A stretch of DNA of 64,000 nucleotides, taken from NCBI GenBank assembly GCA_000320545.1, contig ADNK01000631.1, positions 62,001 through 126,000 of the forward strand, written 5' to 3'. Position 1 is the first letter of the stretch; every line of letters starts with the position of its first letter. Below the pieces are notes generated by a model, which was given only the letters and a program-made list of their open reading frames with translations, had not been told where the DNA came from and did not search any database. Shown one piece after another: positions 13,850-27,159 of this stretch. The position numbers and the translations under genes were made by a program. The DNA comes from Bigelowiella natans CCMP2755. Taxonomy: Eukaryota > Protista > Cercozoa.

Positions 13850-14233
13850 GATGTGATCATGCCGAATAAAGTATAGCGAAATAGGCCCATATAACGTACT
13901 TATACACGTTCTTTAAGTGCATGTTGTCTCATTCGTAGAATATGGTGGTGATGATGATGGTGATGATGATGATGATCTGGGGCGAATAAGGCTTGAGAAT
14001 TTCTCAAACACTATCGTTACTACTACTACTACTACTATTTGGACAGGTTCGGCACAGCACTAACATCACATATATTCGAATCTTGGAGCAAAGAAGACTC
14101 AAAGCACTGCAGCAGAGGAAGGTTGATAGATAGATAGCTGATGATGATGATGAGGCGCTTGTGATGATACTCCTCATAGTCACAAAAACTGCAAAGCATT
14201 CATACAGAGAGGGTCCTTTATAGACACGCATAC

Positions 14234-14270
<37 letters not shown>

Positions 14271-15516
14271 ATAAATAGAGTCTGCGGAAAGAGAAAAAGA
14301 ATTAGGGCTAAATTTCACATAAACATTACTTCTCGTATAACCCCTTCCCAACACATCAAGCAAATAAATGCAGAAACTGCGGTAAATCATACTTCTCTGA
14401 CCTTTTTCCATAATCATCACTAATTAGAAACGACGCTCTCGTCGAAGAGACCTTAGGGATGTTATAGACGTCAATCAGGACGAGTTTGTGACATTAGCTG
14501 AAAACCAAATGGGTGATGACAGAGATGATGATGATAATAATATCGCTGGGACAAATGGCGGCCAAAAGAATGACACCGAGGTGGTAGTCGTCGTCATCGT
14601 CTTCATAGTAAGGGAGGATAATAGGTTTATAGCGTTTGGTTGGACGAGTCTTTTCTGTGCCAGTAGATTAATACAATTTGTAGTTATACTTGTAGTATAC
14701 CATTAATAATAATAACAATAATAATAATATTCTTTTTCTGCCCTATTCTTCTGCCTACATTTCCCCATGTACTCTATTCTTTATTGCTACCCGTATATAT
14801 CTGGTAACCAACCAGCGTTGTTATCCCCCTTCTCTCTTCCACCTTCTCTTCTTGCCGCACACCAATCGCCACATCTCCAGTTTTACCTCAATGACATTGA
14901 CTCTTCGGAAGTTGAGCGCCAGATGCTGCTGCCGGTTGGAAAGAGGAGAGAAATTAGATCAAAGACGAAAATAGAGCAGTTTTTAATATTAATAGGATGA
15001 TACAACACACTCTGAGAAAGCTACTCTTCTCTCCTCCTCCTCCTCCTCCTTCTCCTCATCTCTCTATATTGTATGCACATGATGTGACATATGGTGAGTG
15101 CCCAGTCACCCTCATGATTTAGTCTCTTAGTTGTTCATTCATTAGTGATATCTGCTGCTGCTGTTTGCAGATCGATGGAAGTGAAGATCATCTTCCTAGA
15201 GGCACACGCGTGTACTTGAAGGGTGATAATAATGCTAATAGCTAGTGGGGAGAGGGGGGGAGGGATAACCTCTCGAAGAGGCAAAATGATGATAGCGACT
15301 TTGTAAATTGTTGCAGCAGCAGTACATATTTCCTCTCTCATCATGTGCAGGGCTAAAGAGGGCGATGAAGCACAATGGCAAGAGAGGGACAATTATACGA
15401 AGATGTATGTACTAGCACGAAACCACCAATAATACACATGCTCGTTCAATAGATAGCTACCACACACCAGCAATCACACATTTTTATTTGCTTTCGATGA
15501 GGGAGGGAGGGAGGGA

Positions 15517-15561
<45 letters not shown>

Positions 15562-15813
15562 CACTATTTATGGCACAGCTACTCGCTGGCTTCATTTAAT
15601 TGTAAAATAGTAACTGATCAAACATCAACGAGTCGCATTCCCCCCACCCTCCTCCTCTTCTTCCTCCCTATCCTATTGATCAGTGGATGATGATGATGAC
15701 GGGAACACGTTATATGAAGTGATACTCGATGGGTAGTAAGGCTATGCTGCTAATCTCTTTATGCAAGAAACAATACTACGTCATGCACAATGATGATGAA
15801 TGATAAAATAGTA

Positions 15814-15851
<38 letters not shown>

Positions 15852-15975
15852 CGGGGAGGGAAGAAAAAGAAGAAAAGTGCTTCATTTTCTAAAGATAAAA
15901 GTCGTGGAAGTAGCAGCATAAATAATGTAAGTAGGTATTCCTGTTGGCATTGTCTGAGGTCGAAATGGCGGGTGA

Positions 15976-16026
<51 letters not shown>

Positions 16027-17096
16027 GTGTGTGTATTTATGTTAGGAGTTCTCGTTCAATCGCCATAAAACCGCAGCACCTGTCCCACCTAACGGGTGAC
16101 AAGGAGAATCAATCTGGTGATAGAAAGATAGATGGATAGATGGATAGATAGATAGAACCAACCTTTTACACCTTAACTTTCTTCTTCCTGAACATCATCA
16201 TCTTCTTCTTGTTCTTGCTCTCTTCTGCTATTTTGTTTCTCTCTCTCACTCACTCCTTCTCTGACTGACCCCATTCTCTCTTCATCTCACGTGCTGCACG
16301 ACTTAGAGCTCAATTTTGTGCGAGCATTGGAAAAATTGTCCCAAGAAGCCGAAATAGACGATGATGGCCAAGATTCTGTCAAGAACAAGAGTGCTCCTGC
16401 TCCTACTGTTTCTCCTCGCAACTCTGGAGAGATAGAGGGGGGAGGGCAGCAGCTTCAGGACAAAGGAAGTAATAATTGTGTGGCGCACATGAGAGTGTAT
16501 AATACTACTACCGTTGATATGTACAGAGGGGATAAGATTTGTGCTGGTGATGGTGCTACGTGTGCAAGAGATAATGATCACGTTAATAATAATTGACAAT
16601 GATGGTTGAGGTGATGATGGGGGTGATGAAGATGATAATGGGCATGATAGTTTTTTTACTACAAAAACCCTTTGTAGTCGACGGATTTCAAGGTCCAAAA
16701 ATGCCTCGCTTTTGGACAAGAGACGCAAAGACAATGTGAATGGAGCAGCTATGGATATTGATGATCATGATAGTGATGATGATCATGATCATGATGATCA
16801 TAACGATTCTTTCAAGCTTTTATCTGAGACAGACGAGAAGTGCCACAAGAATTATTACAATAAAAACTGTACATCGCACTATCAGTATATAAATCTAAGT
16901 ATGGGAGGGTGCACGATAGACTAAATGGAATCATTTCTGCTACTATTAAGGTGGGAGGACTACAAGTTTCAGCAAGCTGGGGACATTGTGCTTCATGAGA
17001 GAACAGAAGAAGAAGGTGTGCAGCAGCTATGAAACGTCATTCATTCCGTGGTCATCATCGTAATCAAAGGAGGGCTATCTACGAGCAATTCGATTC

Positions 17097-17140
<44 letters not shown>

Positions 17141-17918
17141 TATTCTAGTTAACGTGCCATGTTATTGTTGTTGATATTGTTGTTGTTGCCATCGTCTTTA
17201 TAGGCGGTGGTATCCGTAGGATCGAGCCAGAATATAGCCGATATAGGGAAGCTTTCGTGTCTAAGCTCAACTATGAGGATGCAACAAGGGTCAATAATAC
17301 CTCCCACACACATATATGTATAATTGATGATTGGCTAGCGATCCTGTCTCCCCAACTGCTGATGAGATCTTCTTGTCGTACTCAATATATTAGGATGCAA
17401 TACACAACAAGTACAACCGAATCGAAGACGTAAAACTGCTAACCAATCTGCCAACAATTACAACAACGATGTTTGAGTTTATTCCTTCATTGTCGTTCTA
17501 TTCTCTCTCCTTCAACGTCCACACAGGAAGAAGTTGATACTCGTGATGAGTTCTCTACGGCACGCAGTATGTGCTGATAGGAACTGCCCATGCTCTCTAC
17601 TTGTTTGCCCTCCTTCATCAACGAGTCGTGATAATGATGGTGGTGGTGATGATAAGAAAAGCATAATCCTTCTTCTTCCTTACTCGCCATTGCTCTCTCT
17701 CTCTCTTTCTCTCGCCTTTTCACTAGCTTTGACAGTAGGCTTTGATTACAGTCACGATGATGATCAAAACTATCATCATCACCACCACCACCACCATCAT
17801 CATCCTCCTCATCAAACAAGTGACCAAACAAACTCACAGTAAACTCTATGGATGAGGACATGCTGGATTCGTTTACGATGAACAGGTGCATCACCCCACC
17901 CCACCCCAGATATGTGTG

Positions 17919-17957
<39 letters not shown>

Positions 17958-18200
17958 CCGCAACGAGCAATCCATACCGCTATTCGTTATGTACTTGTGT
18001 AACAACTACAACCAGAGGGCTCATGTCGACGGCATTCAAGAATGTTATGCGAAGAATGCGCGAGGTGGGTGAAGAGCACACTCTCAAAGATACGAAATAG
18101 ACTCTCAAATACAGCAACAAAGAGTAGTGAGAGACGATAAATAGTCGACTACTGCAGTAAACCGTCTCGAATGAATTGCCATAGCTCTCATTATGCATGC

Positions 18201-18254
<54 letters not shown>

Positions 18255-18553
18255 TTGATTATGCGCGTGTTTGCTGCTGCTGATGCTGCTTCTACTACTA
18301 CAAAAAGGTCAAAGAGAGGAGGCGTGATCAGAATCATGATGATCAAAGCCTGCTTCTTGGTACTGAAAGACCCCAGTATATCATCATCACATCATCACCC
18401 TTATCATCAGCTCTTGCTTTGTCAAAGCGCGTTGATTTGATTGCGGCAGAAAGAAGTTCTCATTAATATCTCTATATCTATGTGTGCTATGTGCGCGTGT
18501 TGTTGTAGGAAATCTGTTGAAGAAGGATACACCAGCTAAGACGGAAGAGGGTC

Positions 18554-18638
<85 letters not shown>

Positions 18639-19049
18639 ACAACACACAACATCATCAGAAATTATTCATAACGATATTAGTCCAACGTCGGCACTCCTTT
18701 AAAAAAAAAGAGTAACAATTTGACGACGACGACGACGACGAACTATTCAACAACAAGGTGATTCAAAATCGGCTGATAAATCGCAATTTTCGCCGCGACA
18801 AGACGCGACATCTCTGGTTAGGAACCTCTCCTCGTCTTGGTAGCTAATTGTGTTATAGTGGTAGTAGAGCATGATATCAATCGTTGCGTGAGAAGGACAT
18901 AAAAGACACGAATATACATATATACATTTTGTTTGTTGTAGACTAAGCATATTGAGAATATTTCTGTGGAAAAAGGATTACATGGGGCCAGGATGGAAGC
19001 TCCAAACTGCCCGGAAATTGAGAATTATGGTGTGTATGTGTGTATGTGT

Positions 19050-19093
<44 letters not shown>

Positions 19094-19340
19094 GCATGCC
19101 TGTGTGCGTGAGTGAGTGAATGTGTATGTGCGTGTGCGTGTGTGTGCTTATTCGCAGCTGCATTGTACAACTTGCCCAACATTCATTTTATTGCTCTAAG
19201 ATCTCTCCTCAACTCAATATTTTCTTTGGTCCTCCTCTTCAATGCTCGCTATCTTCTTCCTTGTTGTGCGTGCGTTGTTTTGCAATGTTGGTAGGATCAG
19301 AGTTGAATAGCGATGGAAGGCTTTACGAGAATATGTACAC
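12638..19340 (+). CDS. Long multi-exon hypothetical protein region with N-terminal signal anchor and LFLRGG motif; may be the 5' part of the downstream 2OG-oxygenase gene
   Basis: Starts MVRKHRTYLTAFSIAGILLLYAKIG; PELFLRGG at ~13029-13052. Many short + strand exons with GT donors follow (e.g. ~14881-14934, 15351-15403, 16305-16495, 16951-17014, 17203-17289, 17960-18064, 18941-19029). No obvious intergenic spacer was seen. Confidence 0.4.
18203..18250. repeat. (AT)n microsatellite
   Basis: Perfect dinucleotide run in an intron. Confidence 0.95.
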
Positions 19341-19506
19341 CGCTTTATGTTCATTCGTCAAACGTAGATTGCAGTATCGTAATATAATATACGCGTGCGT
19401 ATCCTCCTAAGACAACACAGAGACAAGGAGTCAACGAATAATGTGGTGTTATCACCAAATGACCTACAAAACAGCTTATTGCTCACACCCAAACGTCTCC
19501 TCACAG

Positions 19507-21020
19507 TTACAAGCGCGATCCAGTGCTGAAGCAGCGCGTGGTGAGGGATAACTTCGCGACGAAACAAGAGTGTATAAAGGTAAAAAATGATACTAGAGAG
19601 AGAGAGAGAGTCTGCTCGAAATGGAGGTGCTCCCAAAATGTAGATATAAGCATTGTTGCTTCATTCCCACACATCATCACACCACGTACATTCCTTTGCC
19701 TTCATCATTATAACCTTCTATCGCCTTCCAACAAGGTTCTGGGGTCCACTCTATGCGGTATGCGCGGGTGCTATCAAATGAATTCAAAGACGCTCTTGCC
19801 CGTGGGAGGTCAGGATACGAAAGATCAGCGCTTTGTTGAAGAATAATCACGATTATCCCTCACTCATGCGCGTCGCTCGGTGTTCACAGGTGACTCGCTC
19901 CCAAAGGTTGTTGCTGGGATGGGGTTAGAGGGCACCCTCCTCGTGAAATCCCTCTTCGAGCGCACACGAAGATGCATTATGCAGGACTTTAAGGTGGATC
20001 AGCTGTACCTTAACGCGTGCATGCTGCAGAGAATTCAAGGGACTTTCAGGTACTGCTAGTAGTAGTAGTAGCAGCAGCAGCAGCAGCAGCACTATAAGTA
20101 GTAGTAGTAGTAGTAGTAGTAGTAGGAGTGGTAGTAGTAGGGTGGTGTTCTTATAATTATATTGCTGTCATTTTAGATCGGCAGATTTGTGCGCTTGTAG
20201 AATTGAATGCTGCTCTACACCTCCCCCCCCCCTTCCCATACCTCATTCTCATTTCCTCCTCCTCTCCCTCCTCCTCCTCGCTCTATGTCGTTCAGACTTG
20301 ATCATCTACAGGCGGATCGCTCGCATGTGTATGAGCAATAACAACGATAACAACGATAACAACGACAGCAGCAACAACAACGACGACATTTAGTATATCA
20401 TCTCACAGATCATCATGCATATACGGTGAATAAACTCAACGGCGGCCCATCATTCTGTAGGTATTGGAACCCGCACATCGACAAGGCCAATATCCCCAGC
20501 TACGATTACTCCGCTCTCTTGTAAGAAGTTAGTAGGGGAAAGTATGAAAGAGAGGGAGAGGAGGGACAAGAACGTATTACATTAAAGGAGAAACATTATA
20601 ACAAAAGGATGCAGAAGGCAGATCATGATGTAATAGTTTTTATATACATTCGGCTTTTACTCTCAATTTGTCTCTTAATCCATCGAAATATGCGCCTAAT
20701 CCCGGTGTTCCAACACAAACAGGTACCTCACAACAAAGGATCTACACTTTTCTGGAGGTGGTGACCTGGTATTTATCGATGAGCACCAGGATGTTATCAT
20801 ATCGCCCGTGCAGGGACGTCTGGTCGCATTCACGTCAGGAACAGAAAACTTGCATCGGGTCGAACGCGTCTCCAATGGCACCCGGATTGTGCTGTCCATG
20901 TGGTTCACAACGAACAAAACGCATGAGGAGGACGACTCCGTTTGGTTTGATCCCAGGGCGCAGGCAACAATCGAACGTACTGCATCTGCTAACGAAAAAA
21001 GCTGGAAAACCACAATATAG
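19507..21020 (+). CDS. 2OG-Fe(II) oxygenase, OGFOD3 / prolyl-hydroxylase-like
   Basis: Spliced exons give ...RVVRDNFATKQECIK|...|YWNPHIDKANIPSYDYSALL|YLTTKDLHFSGGDLVFIDE...PVQGRLVAFTSGTENLHRVERVSNGTRIVLSMWFT. This carries the HxD...H iron triad and the 2OG-binding Arg. FTSGxENLHRVE is characteristic of OGFOD3-like proteins. Confidence 0.85.
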
Positions 21021-21632
21021 CTGTTATTCAGCGGTTGCTGGCTGCATATGCTAGCTTCCAAATGTGGCTAGTCTCTCCATGGTACAGCTGCAATATCGTT
21101 TTCAGTTCCATTCGTATCCAGCTCAGTAGCGAATGTGCACAATCATAGGCAGCAACATGTGACATACTGGTGTAGGGAATGCATGTTTGCTTTCGATACA
21201 CGTACGGCGCGTAGCGTGCGTTTACGTTTGTGATCAATCGACCTGCTGTGATCTTTCATTGATGATCATTGTGCGTGATTATGATTATGCGAGCATCAAT
21301 GAGCACTCTTGAGGTGGTGCGGCCTAGATGGCTATCGGCGTCTAGCCACTGACGGTGCCATCTATGATGCGCAAGCAAGCATTGCACGAACTTGCACGTT
21401 GCAATCGTGTTCATCACGCATACACCCGAGATCAAGCGCGCAGTCACATCCCATCATTGTGTGTGCTTGACTCATCAATTCTGCACGCAGTTGTTCCGCG
21501 CTTGCGTTTAATGTCACACCGATGCTTGCCATGCTCAATGCTGTTATGGTGAGGTCATGAGCTTGTGAAACAACATTTTTCAACGTACAGTGTCATCCAT
21601 ATTTCCAAGTACTTGTTTGTTTGCATTGCTGG

Positions 21633-22103
21633 CTAGCCGGCGGGAGGTGATCTTCCAATGTACACCACGTACCGCGGCGTCAACTGGCAGCTTTCGCGGA
21701 AGATCATCCAGTCCTTTTTGGAAGGCGGTGTCCAGCTGTTAACCGTCTGGGTGGAGTTGTTGCCATGTTTTCCGGGGAGGGCCTCTGCAAGAATGACCAC
21801 TTTGCCCCCACCGTACGACATCGGCGTGTCAGGCCCAGTGGCGCAGTAGACGCCCTGACCATACACAGTCCCGTTTGCGACCGCAATATTTTGACCACCG
21901 ATCTTGAAGCCCCCGGTCATGATGGGCACGATGTTCTTCTCATCAGTGCCATGGAACACCCAGATGGACTTTCCATCACTTCCAGCATTGATGAGCTCCG
22001 ACCGTTTCTTCTCAAAATTCTGGAAGAGCTTGCGGTTGCTCCAGACCTCCACGCCCCCGCCCTTCCGGAATGCCCTTGTACTCGCAGCATGATCGGCTCG
22101 CAT
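21633..22103 (-). CDS. PARP-like ADP-ribosyltransferase catalytic domain (H-Y-non-E type); 5' part degraded, possibly a pseudogene
   Basis: Motifs WVFHGT, GGFKIGG, NGTVYGQGVYCA, VILAEALPG and DWMIF...QLTPRYVVYI. Intronless and GC-rich. The upstream coding-like frame (22012-22389) is out of frame with it and lies in TpA-free DNA. Confidence 0.8.
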   Translation of the reverse strand: MRADHAASTRAFRKGGGVEVWSNRKLFQNFEKKRSELINAGSDGKSIWVFHGTDEKNIVPIMTGGFKIGGQNIAVANGTVYGQGVYCATGPDTPMSYGGGKVVILAEALPGKHGNNSTQTVNSWTPPSKKDWMIFRESCQLTPRYVVYIGRSPPAG

Positions 22104-22632
22104 GAGCGAAGAAAGAAAATGATCGACTGCATTTCAGCATTTCCGAAGAAAGCTGGACCACGTTCTTGAAAATTGAACATTGAACTTCGCATTGTTGCAA
22201 CACCAAAGCGCACGCGTGGGTCACACTGCGGAAGTTGGCAAACAAGCCCATCTCTGCTGCGCCCACTGCCTTGATGAATGGAACGACAGACGTGGAGTCT
22301 CCCTCAACTTCAAGCTCGGTGCACTCTAGCAGTGCTTTGCGGCAGTGGCGTCGTGCAGCTGCCACAGGTTCTTCGCCATTTGGAGCCACGTGGGTGTGTT
22401 CAGGTGCACAGGTGTGAGGATGCGTGCTGGCGTGGCCGTGCTAGCCAGATCGCACGCACCGAAATGGTTGTTGGAATTTTGCTGTTTTTGTGCTCGAACT
22501 CAAATCGAATCACGCTGGCTAGCTTGAGCAATTCGCCCATGCAACGTCGTGTGCATGAGCAGCGCAGATGCGCACCATCCGCACCCGCGGCAGCATCCAC
22601 AAGATCTTGAGATCACAGCCCAGTCGTGTGCG
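22081..22632. other. TpA-depleted island B (overlaps the 5' part of the PARP-like gene)
   Basis: 3 TA in 552 bp, all in CTAG (22326, 22441, 22519). CpG is abundant. Confidence 0.85.
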
Positions 22633-22742
22633 TAGGATTTGCAATTTGTGACGCTGTGTGCACAATGAGCCGTGCTATAGCGTGTACGCTAGTACGTGTG
22701 CATCATCATGCACTGTAGATTGCTATCGCTGTGACTGTGTGC

Positions 22743-22773
<31 letters not shown>

Positions 22774-23165
22774 ATTTCTGTCCATGCGCATGTGCGATCG
22801 ATGCACACACTCATACGACACATGCGTATCAACGCGCGACCTAGCTTACATGAGGGCCACGGCGGCACTGAGGAAGCATTGGTATGTTCCACATGTTGAG
22901 TTTTGCCATTGTTAATTTGCAACAATGGAATTTCGCTTCCGATCCGGTTCATAACGTGTTGCTGGTTGACATGCATCAGTTTTCACATGCATGTAAATGC
23001 GTGCATGCAAGTCAATGTGTCCAAGACATTAGTAGCTTAATGGGAGATAGATAAAAAATCACACAAAGGTTCTCACAAAAGTGGCGCATAAACCCTCATC
23101 GAGCTGGTTTAGCCTAAGTACTCGTCCCTCGCATGGCTTCATTTACGCCAGCTATACTTGCGAAT

Positions 23166-23804
23166 CTATTCCAACTGCCCACAATTGGAAATGCGAACCT
23201 GCGAAAAATACAGTGATATTCAAATTTTGAGCCTCCACTAATTGACCAGCTTGGGGAAAACAAACCCAGTTCATCTCACCGCTTCTAAACTCAAACTATA
23301 CCTCACTTCCTTTCTCACTAACCTGTGCCTTTGGAGTTCCAGAAGCTGTGCCGTAGCTCTCGATGAGGTCAACCACGTTCTGGCCCTCTAACACCTGATA
23401 TTATAGAGGTGGTGGTGAATATGTAAATACCAAACTAGCATGATAATTCCATTTCCTCTTGAATCACAATCAGCATTAGAATCCATGGTTGTCAATGAAA
23501 CCGCTACATCACCACCATCACCTTTCCGAACACAACGTGCTTGCCATTCAGCCATGGCGTAGGGACAGTGGTGATGAAAAATTGAGAGCCATTAGTGTCC
23601 GTTCCAGCGTTGGCCATGCTCAGGTAGTACTTGCCTGTGTGGCTCAATTGGAAGTTCTCGTCCGCGAACTTTTCTCCGTAGATTGATTCACCTCCGGTCC
23701 CGTCGCCACGGGTGAAGTCTCCACCCTGATTTAGTGATCATTGCTTTAGCGACGGACCCCACATTTATTGAAAGATGGGATATTATATAGAAAGTATGGT
23801 TTTA

Positions 23805-23848
<44 letters not shown>

Positions 23849-24558
23849 TGGTTTAGTGTGCTTTTGAAATAAAATATATTTTGTCGTAGCTACCAACGTA
23901 ATACTCGATTGTGAATGGTGTCGTATACCATCAAGATGAAAAATTAGAATTCTATGAAATTCAGGGTACATACCACCACCAATCTAGTAAAAATATCGAA
24001 TATAGTAAAAATATCGAATCACCTGGATCATAAAGTTCGGGATAACACGGTGGAAGCTGGATCCTTTGTAGTGAAGAGGAAGGCCGCACCTACCCATGCC
24101 CTTCTCGCCCGTGCACAGAGCACGAAAGTTGTCGCATGTCTATTATCCAAATACCAACAAAGTCAATCGTCGAATCTTCGGGTGATATAGAGCCACTGGA
24201 TTGCAATTACTTTTGGGACTGTGTTGCCGAAGAGTCCCATCGTAATCCGCCCCGCAGGCTTCCCAGCCACTTCAACGTCAAAGAAAACCTTCGAGGTAAT
24301 AGTCTCGCTACCAAGCATAGGAACCTAATGGCAGATAGTGTAAAACTTAGAACAGCAGCTCAAGAGCCAGACCGTGAATCAGAGTTCAGAATGAACCTGT
24401 GCCGTATTTCCTCCGGCAGTTAGAGCCGCATATGTGCCCAGACAAAGAGCCGCTGCGATCGCCACTACGAGCGTATATTTTGCAGCGGGGCGACTGCGCA
24501 CAGTGATGCGCCGCGGGAACTGTGGAAGTGCGTGAAAAGGGGCAGCAGTGGGCTCCAT
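23166..24558 (-). CDS. Cyclophilin-type peptidyl-prolyl isomerase with N-terminal signal anchor (secretory pathway), 6 exons
   Basis: MEPTAAPF...[20 protein letters not shown]...|[30 protein letters not shown]|[13 protein letters not shown]...[17 protein letters not shown]|[25 protein letters not shown]...[18 protein letters not shown]...[11 protein letters not shown]|VLEGQNVV...|[10 protein letters not shown]. Confidence 0.95.
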
Positions 24559-24907
24559 TGTAATTCGGATGTGGGAAGTCTTCAGAGGTATTTAGAGATG
24601 CGACAAGGGAAGTATGATGTCGCATCCTATTGGAATTGGCCCCAGATATGTGCGTTGAGAAAGATTCCGAATTTCCAGCAGGCCAACGACGGTCTGAACG
24701 ACAAAATAAACAGTGGAACTTAGGGAGAAAATCGCGGTGATAAAATGCCCTTATTTCTCACATAAAGACATGATTTCATAGCGTTTCTCCCATAGCGACA
24801 TCAATCGACTCGTTCACTGTCGCGCTCGAATCCGTCCGCAACCTGTTCATCCATTCACCCCGCCTCCAACGATCGCGTGCTCTCTAGTACAGCAGTAATA
24901 GAGCACC

Positions 24908-25713
24908 ATGGGGAAACGAAAAAAGGGTTCAATGAACCCTGCGCAAGCTCATGCGAAGAAAATGAAGCAACGCCACCTGAAGCGGGTTAGAATGGGGGAT
25001 TGGTCACGTCACATTGAGGGAGTCATGCGTGCAGCAATCGCAAATAGCTGTCGTCATGCCAGTAAATGTTAGTTCCGTGATGAGAGATTTAAATGATTTG
25101 AGACGTATAATTGTTTATCTACTATTTTTCCTTGCGGAAAAAACAAACAAACAATTGTTGGTGCATCCTCGTGAAACCATCACCGTCTTTGCAACCCATC
25201 ACCATCACCGCCCAAGCACCCACCGTAAACTGTCGTGTAGCTACTACCCCTATCCATCATTGGCCTAAGCTAATCTGATTTTCATACAACAAATAGCAAA
25301 AGGAAAAACGACAAGAGGCAAGGGACCTCCGGTTCAGGAAGATGGCTCCTGACCGCATCCTGAACGAGATCAAGAAAGTAGAGCGTCTGGAGAAGGAGGA
25401 GGGGGGCCTGAGTAAGGAGCACGCACGTGTTCGAAAAAAAAAACTTCGAGACGCACATGAAGCTGCGCTAAAACGTCGAAAGGAGCAGGAGAAGAAAGAG
25501 AGAGAAAAGTCTGCTATGGAGCCCGTCGTCGTGAGAGGGCTTACGCGCATCTTCAGAGATATACCCAAGGAGACAGCAGAAAAAAAGGACAAGAAACAAG
25601 ATGAAGGACGAAAAGAAGGAGCAGACGCTCGCGGTGGGTTGATAGTAGACGCGAGCGGGTTGCCACCGGGAGTGACAGTGGAGAAAGTGACTGCAGATCA
25701 GTATTATCAACCG

Positions 25714-25756
<43 letters not shown>

Positions 25757-27015
25757 GCGTCGAACTACACAACACAGATGATAGCAGGGATGGCGCGGAA
25801 GCAATTGAAGGGGAAAAAGAAGAGAGAAGGAAGAAGAATGAGGGAGATGCGAAAGAGGATGTTAAGAATGAGGTCCAGACGAAGGAGCTTAATGAGCGTG
25901 AAGCAGCCGTGGACAACGACAAACAGAACGAGAAGAAGGACGAAGATGCGAAGGAGAAGGATGCTACTAAGGATAACGAAACAGCAGCCCTACAATCCAA
26001 GGAAGCAGCCCAGAAAAATGTGAGCAGCAGCAGCAGCAACAGTAGTAGCACTGGGGCTGTGGCTGGTGACGCTATTGTTTTACTGGAATCCCCCCCCGGG
26101 ATAACTGCAAAAGGGCCTCCCCGAATACTGCGTCCACACCCTGCAGCAATGCTGAGTAGTAACGTAAGAGTCTCTACTACTACCACTACTACTGCTACTC
26201 CTCTGCCACCACAACAGCAGCAGCAGCGACGACCTCTCATGATCCCCCGTCCTAATAATATGCCTCCTGGTGGCCCTCCATACAATCCCAACAATGCTCA
26301 CCCACCTCCTCCACCTCCCCCTCATCACCATCAGCAGCAACAGCAGCAGCACCCGAATATGATGATTCGGCCACCTTTTGGGACACCGCGACCACCACCA
26401 CCGCAAGGCCTCCCCCAAGGTCATCAGCCCCCTCGCCCCCACCCTCCATTCTCAAATATGGGTATAGCCCCTCCCCCAGCTCCATTCTTTGGAGGTCCCG
26501 GGGGAGCGGCCCCTCCCCCACCGCATTATCAACATCACCCACCTCCTGCTGCAGGAGGTGGCCGAGGCATGCCCCCTGTGTCAAGAGCTCCCCCTTGGAA
26601 TAGCAGCGTTCAACCTGGCGGCCCCCCTCCTCCGTTCGGGAGAGGGGGGGGTGCAGGTGGAGGACGAGGCGGCCCAGGCAGCATGATGATGATGCAGCAC
26701 CGACAGCCTCCTCCACACAACATGCGCAACGATCCGTTAGACTTCACACAGCAGCAGCAGCAGCAGCAGCAGCAGCCGCCTCCTCTACGTGGTCACCCTG
26801 GTCAACAAAACTCGAATGCAGGGGCAGAGGGAGCAACACCAGATCAGGGGGATGTTGATGGCGGCGGGCCCGATGAGAACCAGTCTATGTTTGTCCCGAC
26901 AAATCTGATGGTTAGGAAGAAGGCTAAACAAAAACTTACGGTGGCACAGGCGCGTGCACTTCGTGCCCGAAAGAAGAGAGAAGCAGAAGCAGCTTCGCGG
27001 AAGAAGGAAGGAATT

Positions 27016-27046
<31 letters not shown>

Positions 27047-27159
27047 TCGCTTCGGAGGCTGAGCCCATGGTAGACGCCGCTGCAGCAGAGGAACCGAAAA
27101 CAACAGCTGCATCTTATAACGATTTCATAAATGAGATTGAAGGCCTAGGAGCATTATAA
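24908..27159 (+). CDS. WBP11: WW domain-binding protein 11 (WBP11/SIPP1) splicing factor homolog, 2 exons
   Basis: Exon 1 (24908-24985) reads MGKRKKGSMNPAQAHAKKMKQRHLKR. Exon 2 (25297-27159) has QKEKRQEAR...KMAPDRILNEIKKVERLE, a Pro-rich middle, FVPTNLMVRK and the C-terminal SYNDFINEIEGLGAL, matching WBP11 hallmarks. Confidence 0.85.

Noticed and set aside
23986-24019. Tandem duplication TAGTAAAAATATCGAAT x2 at a cyclophilin intron 5' end
   Set aside because: A single short local duplication with no evidence of function or of a mobile element.
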